From: Myxococcota bacterium
Lineage (GTDB): Bacteria > Myxococcota_A > Polyangia > JAAYKL01
Length of the DNA stretch: 64,000 bases
Reading direction: 5' to 3'
NCBI GenBank assembly: GCA_028278265.1
Contig: JANQET010000490.1
Coordinates: 461 to 64,460, forward strand
Shown here: one piece after another, positions 53,875 through 64,000 of the stretch
How the letters are laid out: each line of letters opens with the position of its first letter
How positions within the stretch are numbered: the stretch's first letter is position 1
Made by a program: the position numbers and the translations under genes
Notes under the pieces: model-generated
Told to the model about the DNA's origin: nothing
Databases searched by the model: none
Seen by the model: the letters and a program-made list of their open reading frames with translations, nothing else

Positions 53875-56235
53875 AATCGAACCGCCGTGATCCTCGATAA
53901 TCTGGTGTGAAATGGCCAGTCCCAACCCGGTTCCCGATTCCTCCGCCTTGGTGGTGAAAAACGGCTCGAAAATCTGGGCCACATCCTGCTCGGCGATGCC
54001 GCTGCCGTTGTCCTCCACCCGAATGGTGACCCAGCCCTCCTGCTCCCCCGGGCCCGCGGTCAACCGCACCCAAGCGTCCTCTTTGTCAGCTGCCTGACCG
54101 GCGTTGAGGATCAAATTGATCAGCACCTGCTCGATCTTGCCGGCGTTCATCTCGACCGGGGGCAGCCCCGGTTGGACCTCAACGTTGAGGGTGCTGACCG
54201 ACTTGCTCACCTGCTTGCCGACCAGGGTCATCACCTGCTCGATGACCCCGTCGATGGCACCGGGGGTTTTGTCCTTCTCCTCGCTCGAGCGAACATAGTC
54301 CTTGAGATCGGAGACGATGCCGGTGATGCGAGCCGAGCCGTGTTGCATATTCTCGATCAACTTGTAGAGATCTTCGATGAATGCCTCATAGGGCAGGTTC
54401 AGTACCCTCAGATCGCCTTCCTGTGCTGCGCGATCATCGAGCAGGGGTTTGATCGTATCGACGTATTTTTTGAGGATCGGGAGGTTGAAGTAGATGAAGT
54501 TGTTGGGGTTATTGATCTCGTGGGCTACCCCGGCGATGATTTGACCCAACGCTGCCATTTTCTCGGCGCGGAACATCTGTTGTTCAGCGCGTTTTCGTTC
54601 GGTGATATTGAACGAGGTGGAGATCAGCGCTTCGGCCCCGTCGACCTCCACCAGTTGAGCGCTGACCTCGTATCGTCGTCCCCGCCGATCCCGACTCTCA
54701 TAGCGAAACTGTTGCTTGCTCTGCCGCTCGGCCTCGGTTTGGGCCCGGCGGTTGGCTTCGATGGTTTCCGTCGAAAAGATCGTCGAAAGGGGGGCTTGTT
54801 TGAGCGTTTCCCAATTCATGCCAGTGGCCTTGATGAACGTCTCGTTGGCATAGACCAACCGGTCCTGCTGGACGATGGCGATGTGAGCAGTGGTCGAATC
54901 GGCCAGGGTGCGAAAACGCTCCTCCGATTGGCTGAGCGCTGCCTCGGCCGTATCCCTGGCGCTGGAAAGGGCGACCGTTTCGGCCTGCAGTTCCCGATGT
55001 CGATAGACGAGGGCAAAAGCGAGCAGGGCCACGTTTAAGCAGCAGCCGGTCTTGAACAACTGCCAACCGTGCACGCCGATATCGATGGGCAGGGCAAAGA
55101 GGAACGTCCCCAGGGCAAACGAGCCCCAGGCCAAGAGGTATAGGCGGGCCGGTTTGAATCCCTGCCGCAACCGCACCATGCCCGGAATGATCGTGGCCAA
55201 GGGGGTCAACAGCGGGGAGATGGTCATCAGTCCGCGCCAGATCGGAAAGATCGCTTTGTAGTCGATCTCCAACACGGGCAGGCAACAGGTCACCAAGATG
55301 TTCAGCCAAAGGTAGCCGACCAACAGCTTGTGCAGCCTCGGCGTGTGCGCCCGGGTCTGCAGAAACGACTGGGTAAATAGAATGCAGATGATGATGATCG
55401 CACAGATGGCCGCAACCTGGAGGTAGGCGAACGACATCGGCCCGAGAAAATCGACCACGATGCAGTGAATGCTCACACTCGAGGTGATCGCGAAATAGTA
55501 GCTGATGGCCACGACGAACAGCAGCTGCCAGAAGGAGCTACGGTCCCGCAACCAGAGAAAGACGAAGAGATTGAAGATACCGAAGACGAGGATGGTGCTG
55601 AAGAACAATCCTTCGATCAGTGCCTCCTGCCGGCGGGAGTTGGCGGTGTACTCGGCAGTACTGAACGTGGTGGGAATGAAGATGTAGGCATCGCTCTCGA
55701 CGCGAAGGTAAATGGTTTGGGGTTTTGTGCCGCTAAGGGGAAGCTCGAAGAAGTGGCGAAGGTCGTCCCGGTGGGTGCCGGCGGTGTCGAGATGTTGTAT
55801 CCGCCAACGTCCGGGAGATGCGGCTCCCCCGGCGCTGTGCGGCGTGTAGCAATCGATCGTACCGGCGAACCAGGGATTGGCCACGGTCATCACCCAGATG
55901 TGCGAACCGGCCTCCTCTGACGCTGCTCGGACCGAGAGCCGAATCCACCAGGCCGACGCGGTGACGCCCAGCTCGATGCCCCGCGCATGATGAACACCGC
56001 TCGGCATCGGCGCGAACCGGCCCGAAAAACCGGGGTGGGAAACATCATCGATTGTCCATCGACCGATGGGGTCCTCCAGCAGGGCCGCCGCGCTGTGTGC
56101 GGGGATTGGTTCCTGCTCTGCTGTTAACGAGATGGTCTCCATCCCGTGACCCGGCGCAGCCCAGGCCATCAGGCCCAGCCAGATGGCGAACGCGCCGATC
56201 AGTTCGAGCGCGGTTTGTGTGGAGGGTCGGGGCAT
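53800..56235 (-). CDS. 7TM-DISM sensor histidine kinase (DISMED2, 7TM, PAS, HisKA, HATPase)
   Basis: LLEDPIGRWTIDDVS, 7 [43 protein letters not shown]. Confidence 0.92.
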   Translation of the reverse strand: MPRPSTQTALELIGAFAIWLGLMAWAAPGHGMETISLTAEQEPIPAHSAAALLEDPIGRWTIDDVSHPGFSGRFAPMPSGVHHARGIELGVTASAWWIRLSVRAASEEAGSHIWVMTVANPWFAGTIDCYTPHSAGGAASPGRWRIQHLDTAGTHRDDLRHFFELPLSGTKPQTIYLRVESDAYIFIPTTFSTAEYTANSRRQEALIEGLFFSTILVFGIFNLFVFLWLRDRSSFWQLLFVVAISYYFAITSSVSIHCIVVDFLGPMSFAYLQVAAICAIIIICILFTQSFLQTRAHTPRLHKLLVGYLWLNILVTCCLPVLEIDYKAIFPIWRGLMTISPLLTPLATIIPGMVRLRQGFKPARLYLLAWGSFALGTFLFALPIDIGVHGWQLFKTGCCLNVALLAFALVYRHRELQAETVALSSARDTAEAALSQSEERFRTLADSTTAHIAIVQQDRLVYANETFIKATGMNWETLKQAPLSTIFSTETIEANRRAQTEAERQSKQQFRYESRDRRGRRYEVSAQLVEVDGAEALISTSFNITERKRAEQQMFRAEKMAALGQIIAGVAHEINNPNNFIYFNLPILKKYVDTIKPLLDDRAAQEGDLRVLNLPYEAFIEDLYKLIENMQHGSARITGIVSDLKDYVRSSEEKDKTPGAIDGVIEQVMTLVGKQVSKSVSTLNVEVQPGLPPVEMNAGKIEQVLINLILNAGQAADKEDAWVRLTAGPGEQEGWVTIRVEDNGSGIAEQDVAQIFEPFFTTKAEESGTGLGLAISHQIIEDHGGSIGVTSELGKGTCFAIHLPTTQAHHA

Positions 56236-56349
56236 CGACTTTGAACGGTACACCAGCGGATGACCGAACACAAACGGTCGACCCCCTCGATCCCGTCGAC
56301 AGTGCGTCCGGTTGTGTTCGCCGGTATCGTAGAGTAGGTTGGTCAATGG

Positions 56350-58797
56350 ATGGGCGCGAATGGCACAAACAGACGAGCCGGCGGTGGATGCACCGTATGG
56401 CCCCGCGTTTTGGGAACGATCGGCTTGGTGTTTCTCGTCAGTGTCACGGCAAGCGCCGACGGGGTTGTTTCGTTGGGCAACGAAACCTCACGGCACTCGC
56501 TGATTCCGGCCGTTCGCATACTGGAGGATCCCGACGGCAAGTGGGACATCGACCAGGTCTCTTCCCCGCCGTTGGCCGATCGCTTCGGACCGATCGTCAG
56601 CCGATTCGAGGACGCCTGGGGGCTTGACCTGGGGGTGAGCCCGTCGGTTTGGTGGGTTCGCTTTGATGTTCGAGGGGAGAATCCGGCGGCCGGCGAGCGC
56701 AACTGGGTCATGGTGTTGAGCACCCACCGGTTCATCGGCGAGGTGACGATCTATTCGGCGACGGCCGATCATTGGGACGAGGCGACAACAACGCGATGGA
56801 ATGTCCAGCAGCTGAACACGGATCAGCAGTCCCAATACGGAAAGCGCGTGGTGTTCAAGCTCCCCCGTATCGGTACGACCCCCCGTCGGGTGTTCGCCCG
56901 GGTCAGCAGCGATTACTATTTGTATTTCCCGTTATCCATCTGGACCGCGTCTGAGTTCGTCGACACTACTGAGCACATCGGCGTGATGGTCGGCCTGTTC
57001 AACGGCGTGCTCATCGTGATTGCGCTGCTCAACTTGCTGTTGGTGATCTTCCTGCGGGAGAAGAGCTCCCTGTGGTACCTATTTTTCGTATTCTTCATCT
57101 GGTTCTATTTTTCCGGGTTGCGGGGGGAGACAGCGCCGGCGATCAAACTCTTCGGCCCGATGTATTACTCCTATGCCCATATCATCGGCATTTGCGGCAT
57201 CAACTTCTTTTGCATCCTGTTCACCCGATCGTTTTTGCACACCAAGGAATTCACGCCGAGGATTGACAAGGCGCTCATCGGCTACTTGCTGCTCACCCTC
57301 GTTGTGCTGGTGATATCCCCTTATGTGAGCATCGACTACGAGCGGGGCTTCATCGTGCTGCAGCGGGCGACCATCGTGTTGGGGATACTGGCGCCTCTGG
57401 GAACGATAGCGCCGGCGATCGTCCGGCTCCTACAGGGGTTCAAACCTGCGCGCCTGTATTTGGCCGCCTGGAGCGCGTTCGCTATTTCCGCGTTCATCTT
57501 CGCCGTGCCCTGGCTCGCCCCGACCGACGGCTGGCGGTTGTTCCAGCTCGGCAGTCTGCTCAACGTGTTGTTGCTCACGTTGGCCATTGTGGATCGGCTG
57601 CGCATCTTGCGGCTCGAGCGAGAAGCCCTGTCTGCCGCGAAGGATACCGCTGAAGCGGCGTTGAGTGAATCGGAGGAGCGGTTTCGGTCGGTGGCCGAAG
57701 CGACCACGGCCCATATCGCGGTGATGCAGGACAATCGGTTTGTTTACGCCAATCAGACGTTTCTCGAAAACGCCGGCGTGACCTGGGCCGAGCTCAAACA
57801 ACAGGAGATCACCGAGTTCTTCTCACCGGAAGCGGTGCGGGTGGGCCTCGAGGCCTGGAACCGGGCCTATGAGCAGGGCGAGACTCAGGTGCGCTACGAA
57901 TATCGCTACGATGACGGACGGTGGTTCGAAGTGAATGCGAGCCTGGTGGAGCTGGACGGCAATGACGCTTTCATCACGACCTCGTTCGATATCACTGAGC
58001 ACAAGCTGGCCCAACAGCAGATGTTTCGCGCCGAGAAGATGGCCTCTCTCGGTCAGGTGATCGCCGGCGTGGCCCACGAAATTAACAATCCCAACAACTT
58101 TATTTATTTCAACCTTCCCATTTTGAAAAAGTACATCGACTCGATCAGACCTTTCTTGGATCAACGCGCCCGCGATAACCCACGCTTGAGTTTTTTGAAC
58201 ATGCCTTATGACATGTTCATCGGAGATCTGTACAAATTGCTCGAGAACATGCAGCATGGATCATCGAGGATCACCGGCATTGTCTCCGAACTGAAGAATT
58301 ATGTCCGCTCGAGCGACGAGGAGGACAAATCATCGCATCCCCTGGACGAGCTGATTCAGCGCGTAATGACCCTGGTGGGCAAGCAGGTGCGCAAATTGGT
58401 CCAGCGGTTCGAAGTGGATGTGGCACCGGGATTGCCCCGAGTGAACATCAATCCGGGCAAAATAGAACAGGTATTGATCAACCTGGTGATCAATGCGGGA
58501 CAGGCGTCGGACAAGGAGGATGCCTGGGTCAAATTGACCGCGGGGCACCCCGGCGGCGATTGCCGTTGGATCGAGGTGCGGGTCGAAGACAACGGCAGCG
58601 GTATCTCGGCAGAAGACCGCCACCGAATCTTCGAGCCGTTTTTCACCACCAAGGCCGACGAGGCGGGGACCGGGTTGGGCCTGGCCATCTCCCATCAAAT
58701 TGTTCAGGATCACGGGGGAGAGTTGACCGTGGAGAGCCGGGTCGGCCAAGGAACCACTTTCGCCTTTCGTCTGCCGGTCACCGACCCCGATAATTGA
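56350..58797 (+). CDS. 7TM-DISM sensor histidine kinase, paralog of the divergent neighbour
   Basis: [15 protein letters not shown]; same domain order; [38 protein letters not shown]. Confidence 0.92.
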   Translation: MGANGTNRRAGGGCTVWPRVLGTIGLVFLVSVTASADGVVSLGNETSRHSLIPAVRILEDPDGKWDIDQVSSPPLADRFGPIVSRFEDAWGLDLGVSPSVWWVRFDVRGENPAAGERNWVMVLSTHRFIGEVTIYSATADHWDEATTTRWNVQQLNTDQQSQYGKRVVFKLPRIGTTPRRVFARVSSDYYLYFPLSIWTASEFVDTTEHIGVMVGLFNGVLIVIALLNLLLVIFLREKSSLWYLFFVFFIWFYFSGLRGETAPAIKLFGPMYYSYAHIIGICGINFFCILFTRSFLHTKEFTPRIDKALIGYLLLTLVVLVISPYVSIDYERGFIVLQRATIVLGILAPLGTIAPAIVRLLQGFKPARLYLAAWSAFAISAFIFAVPWLAPTDGWRLFQLGSLLNVLLLTLAIVDRLRILRLEREALSAAKDTAEAALSESEERFRSVAEATTAHIAVMQDNRFVYANQTFLENAGVTWAELKQQEITEFFSPEAVRVGLEAWNRAYEQGETQVRYEYRYDDGRWFEVNASLVELDGNDAFITTSFDITEHKLAQQQMFRAEKMASLGQVIAGVAHEINNPNNFIYFNLPILKKYIDSIRPFLDQRARDNPRLSFLNMPYDMFIGDLYKLLENMQHGSSRITGIVSELKNYVRSSDEEDKSSHPLDELIQRVMTLVGKQVRKLVQRFEVDVAPGLPRVNINPGKIEQVLINLVINAGQASDKEDAWVKLTAGHPGGDCRWIEVRVEDNGSGISAEDRHRIFEPFFTTKADEAGTGLGLAISHQIVQDHGGELTVESRVGQGTTFAFRLPVTDPDN

Positions 58798-58864
58798 GCG
58801 AACCGTCTCGGGATCGCTTGCCAAAAGCCGGATAAACGCATATCGGTTGTGGAGGAGGCTTATT

Positions 58865-59809
58865 GTGAGCGGGATCAATACAACAGAAGCGCTCGAGGCA
58901 CTCGAGCTGGAAGGGGGAGAGACCTATCAACTGTTTGCCCGGGCCCATGCGGTGCGCCTGCAGCACCGGGGACTGTCGGTGAACTTGTGCAGCGTGGTCA
59001 ATGCCAAGAGCGGGTTGTGCGGTGAGGACTGCAAGTTTTGCGCCCAGTCGGCACACAACGATGCAACGATTGACTGCTATCCCTTGATCGGGACCGATGA
59101 AATGGTGCGGGCGGCCCAGGTGGCCGGGGAGCATCGCGCTGCTCGGTTCGGCATTGTCACCTCCGGGTTGGCGCTGGAAGAGGAGCCTGAAATCGATGCG
59201 GTCTCCTCGGCGATCAATCGAATCGCCGACGGGAAACGGATTCACCCCTGCGCCTCGTTGGGCAATGTGAGCGAGGAGGTGCTGAGGCGGTTGAAAGAGG
59301 CCGGACTGACCCGTTACCACTGTAACCTGGAAACCGCTGAGAGCTATTACAAGGAGATTTGCTCCACCCGGTCCTGGAGTGAGTCTGTGGACACGATCCG
59401 AGCGGCCAAATCCCTCGGCTTGGCCACCTGCTCGGGGGGCTTGTTCGGGTTGGGAGAGTCACTCGAGCAACGGGTGGAGTTGCTCGATCAGATTCGGGAG
59501 CTGGATGTGGACTCCGTACCGCTGAACTTCTACCATCCCATTCCCGGCACGCCGAGCGCCGAACAGTCCTCAATCGATGCGCTGGCCTGCCTGCGGGTGG
59601 TTGCAGTGGCCCGGTTGATGATGCCCGAAAAGGAGATCCGGGTCTGCGGAGGACGGGAATACAACCTGCGGGATCTGCAGTCGTGGCTGCTGCTATGCGG
59701 CGCCGACGGCCTGATGGTCGGCGGATATTTGACCACCTCGGGACGGAATGTGGCCGACGATTTGAAGATGATTGACGATGCGGGCTTTACGGTTCGATTT
59801 GACCGATGA
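58865..59809 (+). CDS. bioB: Biotin synthase
   Basis: NAKSGLCGEDCKFCAQS, YHCNLET, CSGGLFGLGE, SVPLNF, RVCGGRE; GTG start after GGAGG. Confidence 0.93.
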   Translation: MSGINTTEALEALELEGGETYQLFARAHAVRLQHRGLSVNLCSVVNAKSGLCGEDCKFCAQSAHNDATIDCYPLIGTDEMVRAAQVAGEHRAARFGIVTSGLALEEEPEIDAVSSAINRIADGKRIHPCASLGNVSEEVLRRLKEAGLTRYHCNLETAESYYKEICSTRSWSESVDTIRAAKSLGLATCSGGLFGLGESLEQRVELLDQIRELDVDSVPLNFYHPIPGTPSAEQSSIDALACLRVVAVARLMMPEKEIRVCGGREYNLRDLQSWLLLCGADGLMVGGYLTTSGRNVADDLKMIDDAGFTVRFDR

Positions 59810-60885
59810 CCGAAGGGCGAACAGCGATCGTCGCGATGAGCGGGGGCGTGGATTCCAGCGTGGCCGCAGGCCTGCTCCTGCAACAGGGGTATCGGGTTGT
59901 CGGGATCACCCTCTCCTTTGTGCCCTGCGGGGACGATCAACAGGTCAGTTGGTGTTGTGGTGTCGGTGCACAAACCGACGCGCGGGCAGTGGCGCAAAAG
60001 CTGGGGTTTCCCCACTACACCATCGACTGCGTCGATCAATTCGAATCCCATATTCTGCGCACCGCCTGGCAGGAGTACGACCACGGACGAACCCCCAGTC
60101 CCTGTGTGGCCTGCAACGGTCAGATCAAGTTCGCCAAACTGCTGGAGTTGATGAAGAAGTTCGGTGCCGACACCATCGCCACCGGGCACTACGCCCGGGT
60201 TCGGCGCGCTGCATCCGCAGATGCGGTGACCCTCTGGCGCGGGGTGGATCCCCAAAAAGATCAGTCCTATTTTCTCTTTACGTTAACCCCGGAGCAGCTC
60301 GAGCACGTCGCCTTTCCCTTGGGGGAGCTGGAGAAGACCCGGGTTAGGGCGTTGGCCCAGGAGATGGATCTGGTCAACGCTGAGCGGCCGGAGAGTCAGG
60401 ACGCCTGCTTTGTCCAGGCGGGGACCAATTTTGCCGAGAGCTTGCGGCGGCGGTTCGGTGCGCCGGCTCGGCCCGGTCGGGTGGTCGATCCCAAGGGGCA
60501 AGAGTTGGGGGCCCATCAGGGGATCCATCAGTTTACGATCGGTCAACGCAAGGGGTTGAACATCGCCCTGGGACATCGCGCCTGGGTCACGGGAATCAAC
60601 GCAGAACGGGCCGAAGTGGTGCTCAATGATGATCCGGATGCCTTGCTCTGCCGGACGCTTCGGGCAACCGCGGTGAGCTGGATTGGTGGAGAGCAGCCGT
60701 CACTCCCCGCACCGTGTGAGGCTCAGATTCGCTCCCGTCATCGGGCGGCGCCGGCGGTGATCGAAGCCGACGATCAAGGGGTGGTGCAGGTGCGGTTCGA
60801 TGAGCCCCAGCGGGCGATCACCCCCGGACAGGCCGTTGTGTTCTACCGGGACGAGCGCGTGCTGGGCGGCGGCTGGATCGAATGA
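59806..60885 (+). CDS. mnmA: tRNA 2-thiouridine(34) synthase MnmA
   Basis: AMSGGVDSSVAA, PCVACNGQIKF, ATGHYAR, KDQSYFL, FTIGQRKGL, AITPGQAVVFY. Confidence 0.96.
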   Translation: MTEGRTAIVAMSGGVDSSVAAGLLLQQGYRVVGITLSFVPCGDDQQVSWCCGVGAQTDARAVAQKLGFPHYTIDCVDQFESHILRTAWQEYDHGRTPSPCVACNGQIKFAKLLELMKKFGADTIATGHYARVRRAASADAVTLWRGVDPQKDQSYFLFTLTPEQLEHVAFPLGELEKTRVRALAQEMDLVNAERPESQDACFVQAGTNFAESLRRRFGAPARPGRVVDPKGQELGAHQGIHQFTIGQRKGLNIALGHRAWVTGINAERAEVVLNDDPDALLCRTLRATAVSWIGGEQPSLPAPCEAQIRSRHRAAPAVIEADDQGVVQVRFDEPQRAITPGQAVVFYRDERVLGGGWIE

Positions 60886-60893
60886 GGTGAGTG

Positions 60894-61622
60894 ATGTCCC
60901 AGTTTTACCAATCGATCGCACAGAACTACGATCAGGTGTTTCCGGTGCGCCCGGCACAAGTGGCATTTGTCGCCCAGCGGGTTTTACCCGAGGGACGCAT
61001 TGTGGATGTGGGTTGTGCCACCGGCGGCCTGGCCCTGGCGCTGGCTGAACGGGGATTTTCCCTCTGGGGTATCGATTTGGATTCGACGATGATCGATATC
61101 GCCCGCGCCAATGCGAGCGCCGGCGGTCTTGGGGCGTCGTTTCTCGTCGCCGACATGACCCGGCTCGACACAGCGCCCATCCCCTGTCCGGTCGATGGCG
61201 TGGTCTGTCTGGGCAACACTCTGGTTCACCTCACCCCGTCCCAGGTGCTCGACTTTCTCGTTTGCACCCGGAAAATGCTGACCGAAAGTGGGGTGCTGAT
61301 TTGTCAAATTGTCAACTACGATCGCATTTTGAAAAACGATATCCGATCCCTGCCGTTGATTGAGAACGAGGCGATCCGCTTCGAGCGCACCTACGCCCCC
61401 GCTGCGACGAAAGAAGCGTTGCGTTTCCAAACCCGCTTGTACGTCAAATCCACGTCTGCCGTGCTCGAAAACGAGATCACGCTCTATCCCCTCGACCAAG
61501 CGCAGCTGAGCGCATCACTGGCACAAGCCGGTTTTTCGCGGGTGGCCTATTTTGGGAGCTTCATGGGCGATCCGTTCGATTCTACGCAGAGTTTTCCCAC
61601 GATTTTCGTCGCGGGTTGTTAA
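60894..61622 (+). CDS. Class I SAM-dependent methyltransferase
   Basis: VDVGCATG, GIDLD, CLGNTLVHL. Confidence 0.85.
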   Translation: MSQFYQSIAQNYDQVFPVRPAQVAFVAQRVLPEGRIVDVGCATGGLALALAERGFSLWGIDLDSTMIDIARANASAGGLGASFLVADMTRLDTAPIPCPVDGVVCLGNTLVHLTPSQVLDFLVCTRKMLTESGVLICQIVNYDRILKNDIRSLPLIENEAIRFERTYAPAATKEALRFQTRLYVKSTSAVLENEITLYPLDQAQLSASLAQAGFSRVAYFGSFMGDPFDSTQSFPTIFVAGC

Positions 61623-61652
61623 GCGGTGACGGGGGATTCTCACCAGAGGTCG

Positions 61653-62660
61653 ATGCGCTGGGTGTTGGGGGGGCTCCTGACGTTAACGTCGCTTTGCGCC
61701 TGTCATCTCGGCAAGTCCAACACCGGGGACGGACTGCTCAAGGGAATGACCATCTCCACGCGGGAGTGGGGCCACGTCTGGGGGACCGATGGGTTCGGAG
61801 AGACCTTGGACCGGCTCAAGGAACTGGGGATCAACAGCGTGGCGATCCATCCCTATGCGCGGATCTTCGCTGACGGGCGCGTCTCCTCCCGGTGGACCGA
61901 CTCGGCCCGGCGACCCATCCACATCACCCGCCCCATCGAAGAAGCACATCGTCGGGGGATGGCGATGATGATCAAGCCCCATCTGGCGTATTGGGGCACT
62001 CCGTTTTCTTGGCGCGGGGCGATCCGATTTGATCGCGAGGATCAGCGTCAACGGTTTTTTGATACCTATCGCCAATGGATCCTCAGTGTCGCCCGTTGGG
62101 CCAAAGCGGCTGATATCTTCGTCGTCGGCTGTGAGCTCAAACACCTCATCGGGGATGCCGAAAAATGGCGAGCGCTGATCGCCGATGTCCGCAAGGTCAC
62201 GTCCGCCAAGCTGACCTATGCGGCGAATTGGGACACGGTCGAGCGAGTCCGGTTTTGGCGGGAATTGGATCTGGTTGGGGTACAGGGCTACTTTCCACTC
62301 AGCGAGAAGAAGGAACCGACCGTGGAGGACCTGAAGCGAGGGTGGTCAGGGGTGGTCGATCGATTGCGGGGGATGCACCAGCGGACCGGCAAGCCGATTG
62401 TGTTCACCGAATTGGGCTACAACCGATCGTCAAAAGCCGCTCAAGAGCCCTGGGCCTATCGTACGGAGCCGACCCAGCGGGCCGGAGAGTTGCAGGCCCA
62501 ATGCCTCGAGACCGCATTGCAGACGATCAATCAACAGTCCGGATGGATTGAGGGAGTGTTTTTGTGGAAGTGGTTTGTCCGCCACTCAGCCGGCACTAAT
62601 TTCCTGTTGGACACGCCGCGAATCCACCGGATCCTGACCAAGGCGTGGAGGACCCGTTGA
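61653..62660 (+). CDS. GH113-like TIM-barrel glycoside hydrolase, lipoprotein
   Basis: Lipobox LCAC; MIKPHL, VGCEL, TYAANWD, GVQGYFPL, VFTELGY, FLWKW. Confidence 0.82.
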   Translation: MRWVLGGLLTLTSLCACHLGKSNTGDGLLKGMTISTREWGHVWGTDGFGETLDRLKELGINSVAIHPYARIFADGRVSSRWTDSARRPIHITRPIEEAHRRGMAMMIKPHLAYWGTPFSWRGAIRFDREDQRQRFFDTYRQWILSVARWAKAADIFVVGCELKHLIGDAEKWRALIADVRKVTSAKLTYAANWDTVERVRFWRELDLVGVQGYFPLSEKKEPTVEDLKRGWSGVVDRLRGMHQRTGKPIVFTELGYNRSSKAAQEPWAYRTEPTQRAGELQAQCLETALQTINQQSGWIEGVFLWKWFVRHSAGTNFLLDTPRIHRILTKAWRTR

Positions 62661-62685
62661 GCCTCCGGGGCCACGGAACCGGATA

Positions 62686-64000
62686 ATGGGCGAGAAGAAG
62701 TGGATGGAGATCATCAGCTTGGCCACCCCGGTGGTGATCTCCAAACTGTCGTTCACCGCAATGGCGTTGGTCGACACCGCCATGGTCGGCCGGTTGGGTG
62801 CCTCCGAGCAGGCCGCGGTGGGTATCGCCACCACTTTTCTGTTCACCGTGTACGTCTTCGGACTGGGGTTGATCAGCTCGGTCAACACCCTGGTCTCCCA
62901 ACATCATGGGGCCGGTCAACCCGAACGGTGTGGGATCATTCTCGGTCACGGCCTGCGCTTGTCCACGATTATCGGTGTGGTGACCTTTGCCGTGTTGGCA
63001 CTGTCGCGTCCCGCGTTCAGCTGGGCCGGGCTCAGCGAGGCGGTCGCCGAATCGGGTTACGCCTATCTATTGTTTCGCATTTTCGGGCTGTTCGGTGTGT
63101 TTTGGTATTGGACTTACAACGCCTTTTTCGAGGGTATCGGCCAAACCCGGACGCCGATGGTCATCGCCCTGGTGGCCAACGTGATCAACATCGTGCTCGA
63201 CTATGTCTTGATTTTCGGTCTTGGACCCATCCCGGCGATGGGGGTACAGGGGGCCGGGCTGGCGACCGCCCTGAGCAACCTGTTCATGCTGGCCTGTTTT
63301 GTCTTCGTGGTTCATCGGCGCAGGAGCCCATATCGGCGGTTCGGCACGAATCGGCTGTTCGTTCCCGTGGAGTGGCCGTTGATGCGGAAGATGGTTCGCC
63401 TGGGGGTGCCCATGGGGGGCCAGTTTTTTGCCGAGATCGGAGCGTTTCTGGTATTTTCGGTTTTCGTCGGATGGGTCAGTGATGAAGCGCTGGCCGCACA
63501 CCAGGTGGCGCTGCGGCTGTGGAGCGTCAGTTTCATGACCGCCTGGGGGATCTCCATCGCGGCCACGACATTGGTCGGACGACATCAGGGCGCGGGAAAG
63601 AGCGAATTGGCGTTTGCCGTGGGAATGCGCAGTTTGGTGCTGACCCTGGGTTTTACCGCGTTGGTCGGTGCGGTCTACATGGCGATTCCCGGAATCCTCA
63701 GTGCCGCATTCACCGCCTTTGCCGATGTGGCGCGTATCGCCACGGTGTTGATGTATGTCTGTGCGATCAATCAGGTTTTCGACGGGATCAATATCGTGGC
63801 CTATGGCGCCCTCAAAGGCGCCGGCGACACCAGCTGGCCCCTTCGGCTGGTGGTATTGACCAACTGGGGGTTGGGGGTGCCGCTGGTCTACCTGCTGACC
63901 ATCGTCGTCGGACTGGGGCCGCTGGGGACTTGGTTCGGCATCATGGCCGTGCTCGGTTGTCAGGCCATGGCGATGTTCCTCCGATTCAAAGGCGGTAAAT
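62686..64000 (+). CDS. MATE-family efflux transporter; 3' end runs off the window, so it is absent from the ORF track
   Basis: ISLATPVVISKLSFTAMALVDTAMVGRLG, NIVLDYVLIFG..MGVQGAGLAT, ALAAHQVA, GALKGAGDT. Confidence 0.93.
   Translation, partial: MGEKKWMEIISLATPVVISKLSFTAMALVDTAMVGRLGASEQAAVGIATTFLFTVYVFGLGLISSVNTLVSQHHGAGQPERCGIILGHGLRLSTIIGVVTFAVLALSRPAFSWAGLSEAVAESGYAYLLFRIFGLFGVFWYWTYNAFFEGIGQTRTPMVIALVANVINIVLDYVLIFGLGPIPAMGVQGAGLATALSNLFMLACFVFVVHRRRSPYRRFGTNRLFVPVEWPLMRKMVRLGVPMGGQFFAEIGAFLVFSVFVGWVSDEALAAHQVALRLWSVSFMTAWGISIAATTLVGRHQGAGKSELAFAVGMRSLVLTLGFTALVGAVYMAIPGILSAAFTAFADVARIATVLMYVCAINQVFDGINIVAYGALKGAGDTSWPLRLVVLTNWGLGVPLVYLLTIVVGLGPLGTWFGIMAVLGCQAMAMFLRFKGGK

Noticed and set aside
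58798-58864. BirA operator before bioB
   Set aside because: No TGTxAAC-N14-16-GTTxACA palindrome
1-64000. Transposases, integrases, prophage, rRNA/tRNA, CRISPR, defence systems
   Set aside because: No supporting motifs seen on either strand

Overview
64 kb of GC-rich bacterial chromosome. The gene content (Glt gliding genes, DUF4388/DnaJ regulator, myxobacterial barrels and lipoproteins) points to Myxococcota, probably Polyangia-like (inference). Layout: (1) 1-5.2 kb, cobalamin-riboswitch-controlled cobU-cobT-cobS-[cobD::cobQ fusion]. (2) 5.3-18 kb, cyclophilin, gluzincin-motif membrane protein, comEC, two large beta-propeller-like lipoproteins, YtnP-like hydrolase, tRNA methylase, RR-DUF4388-DnaJ-TPR protein. 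(3) 18.3-35 kb, a single locus that merges the Agl-Glt gliding clusters (gltA/gltB-like barrels, cglC/gltK, gltC-D-E-F-G) around ftsY, HEAT, HAMP and yraN. (4) 35-46 kb, hisS, an aromatic-repeat protein, asd, YfcC, tag, a GT-C glycosyltransferase, an orphan ABC permease and a barrel + Het-C/PLC-motif pair. (5) 46.3-58.8 kb, the most interesting part: two head-to-head 7TM-DISM histidine kinases, an NtrC-type activator and a single-domain receiver. Four -24/-12 sigma54 promoters in this block each have a shared upstream 15-bp motif and precede two OM barrels, a DUF4097 lipoprotein and the receiver. An RTX/Ig lipoprotein gene sits between an intact kinase 3' end and an 88-bp remnant of a paralogous kinase. 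(6) 58.9-64 kb, bioB-mnmA-methyltransferase-GH113-MATE. No rRNA, tRNA, CRISPR or transposase was seen. All calls come from motif recognition by eye; no database search was run.
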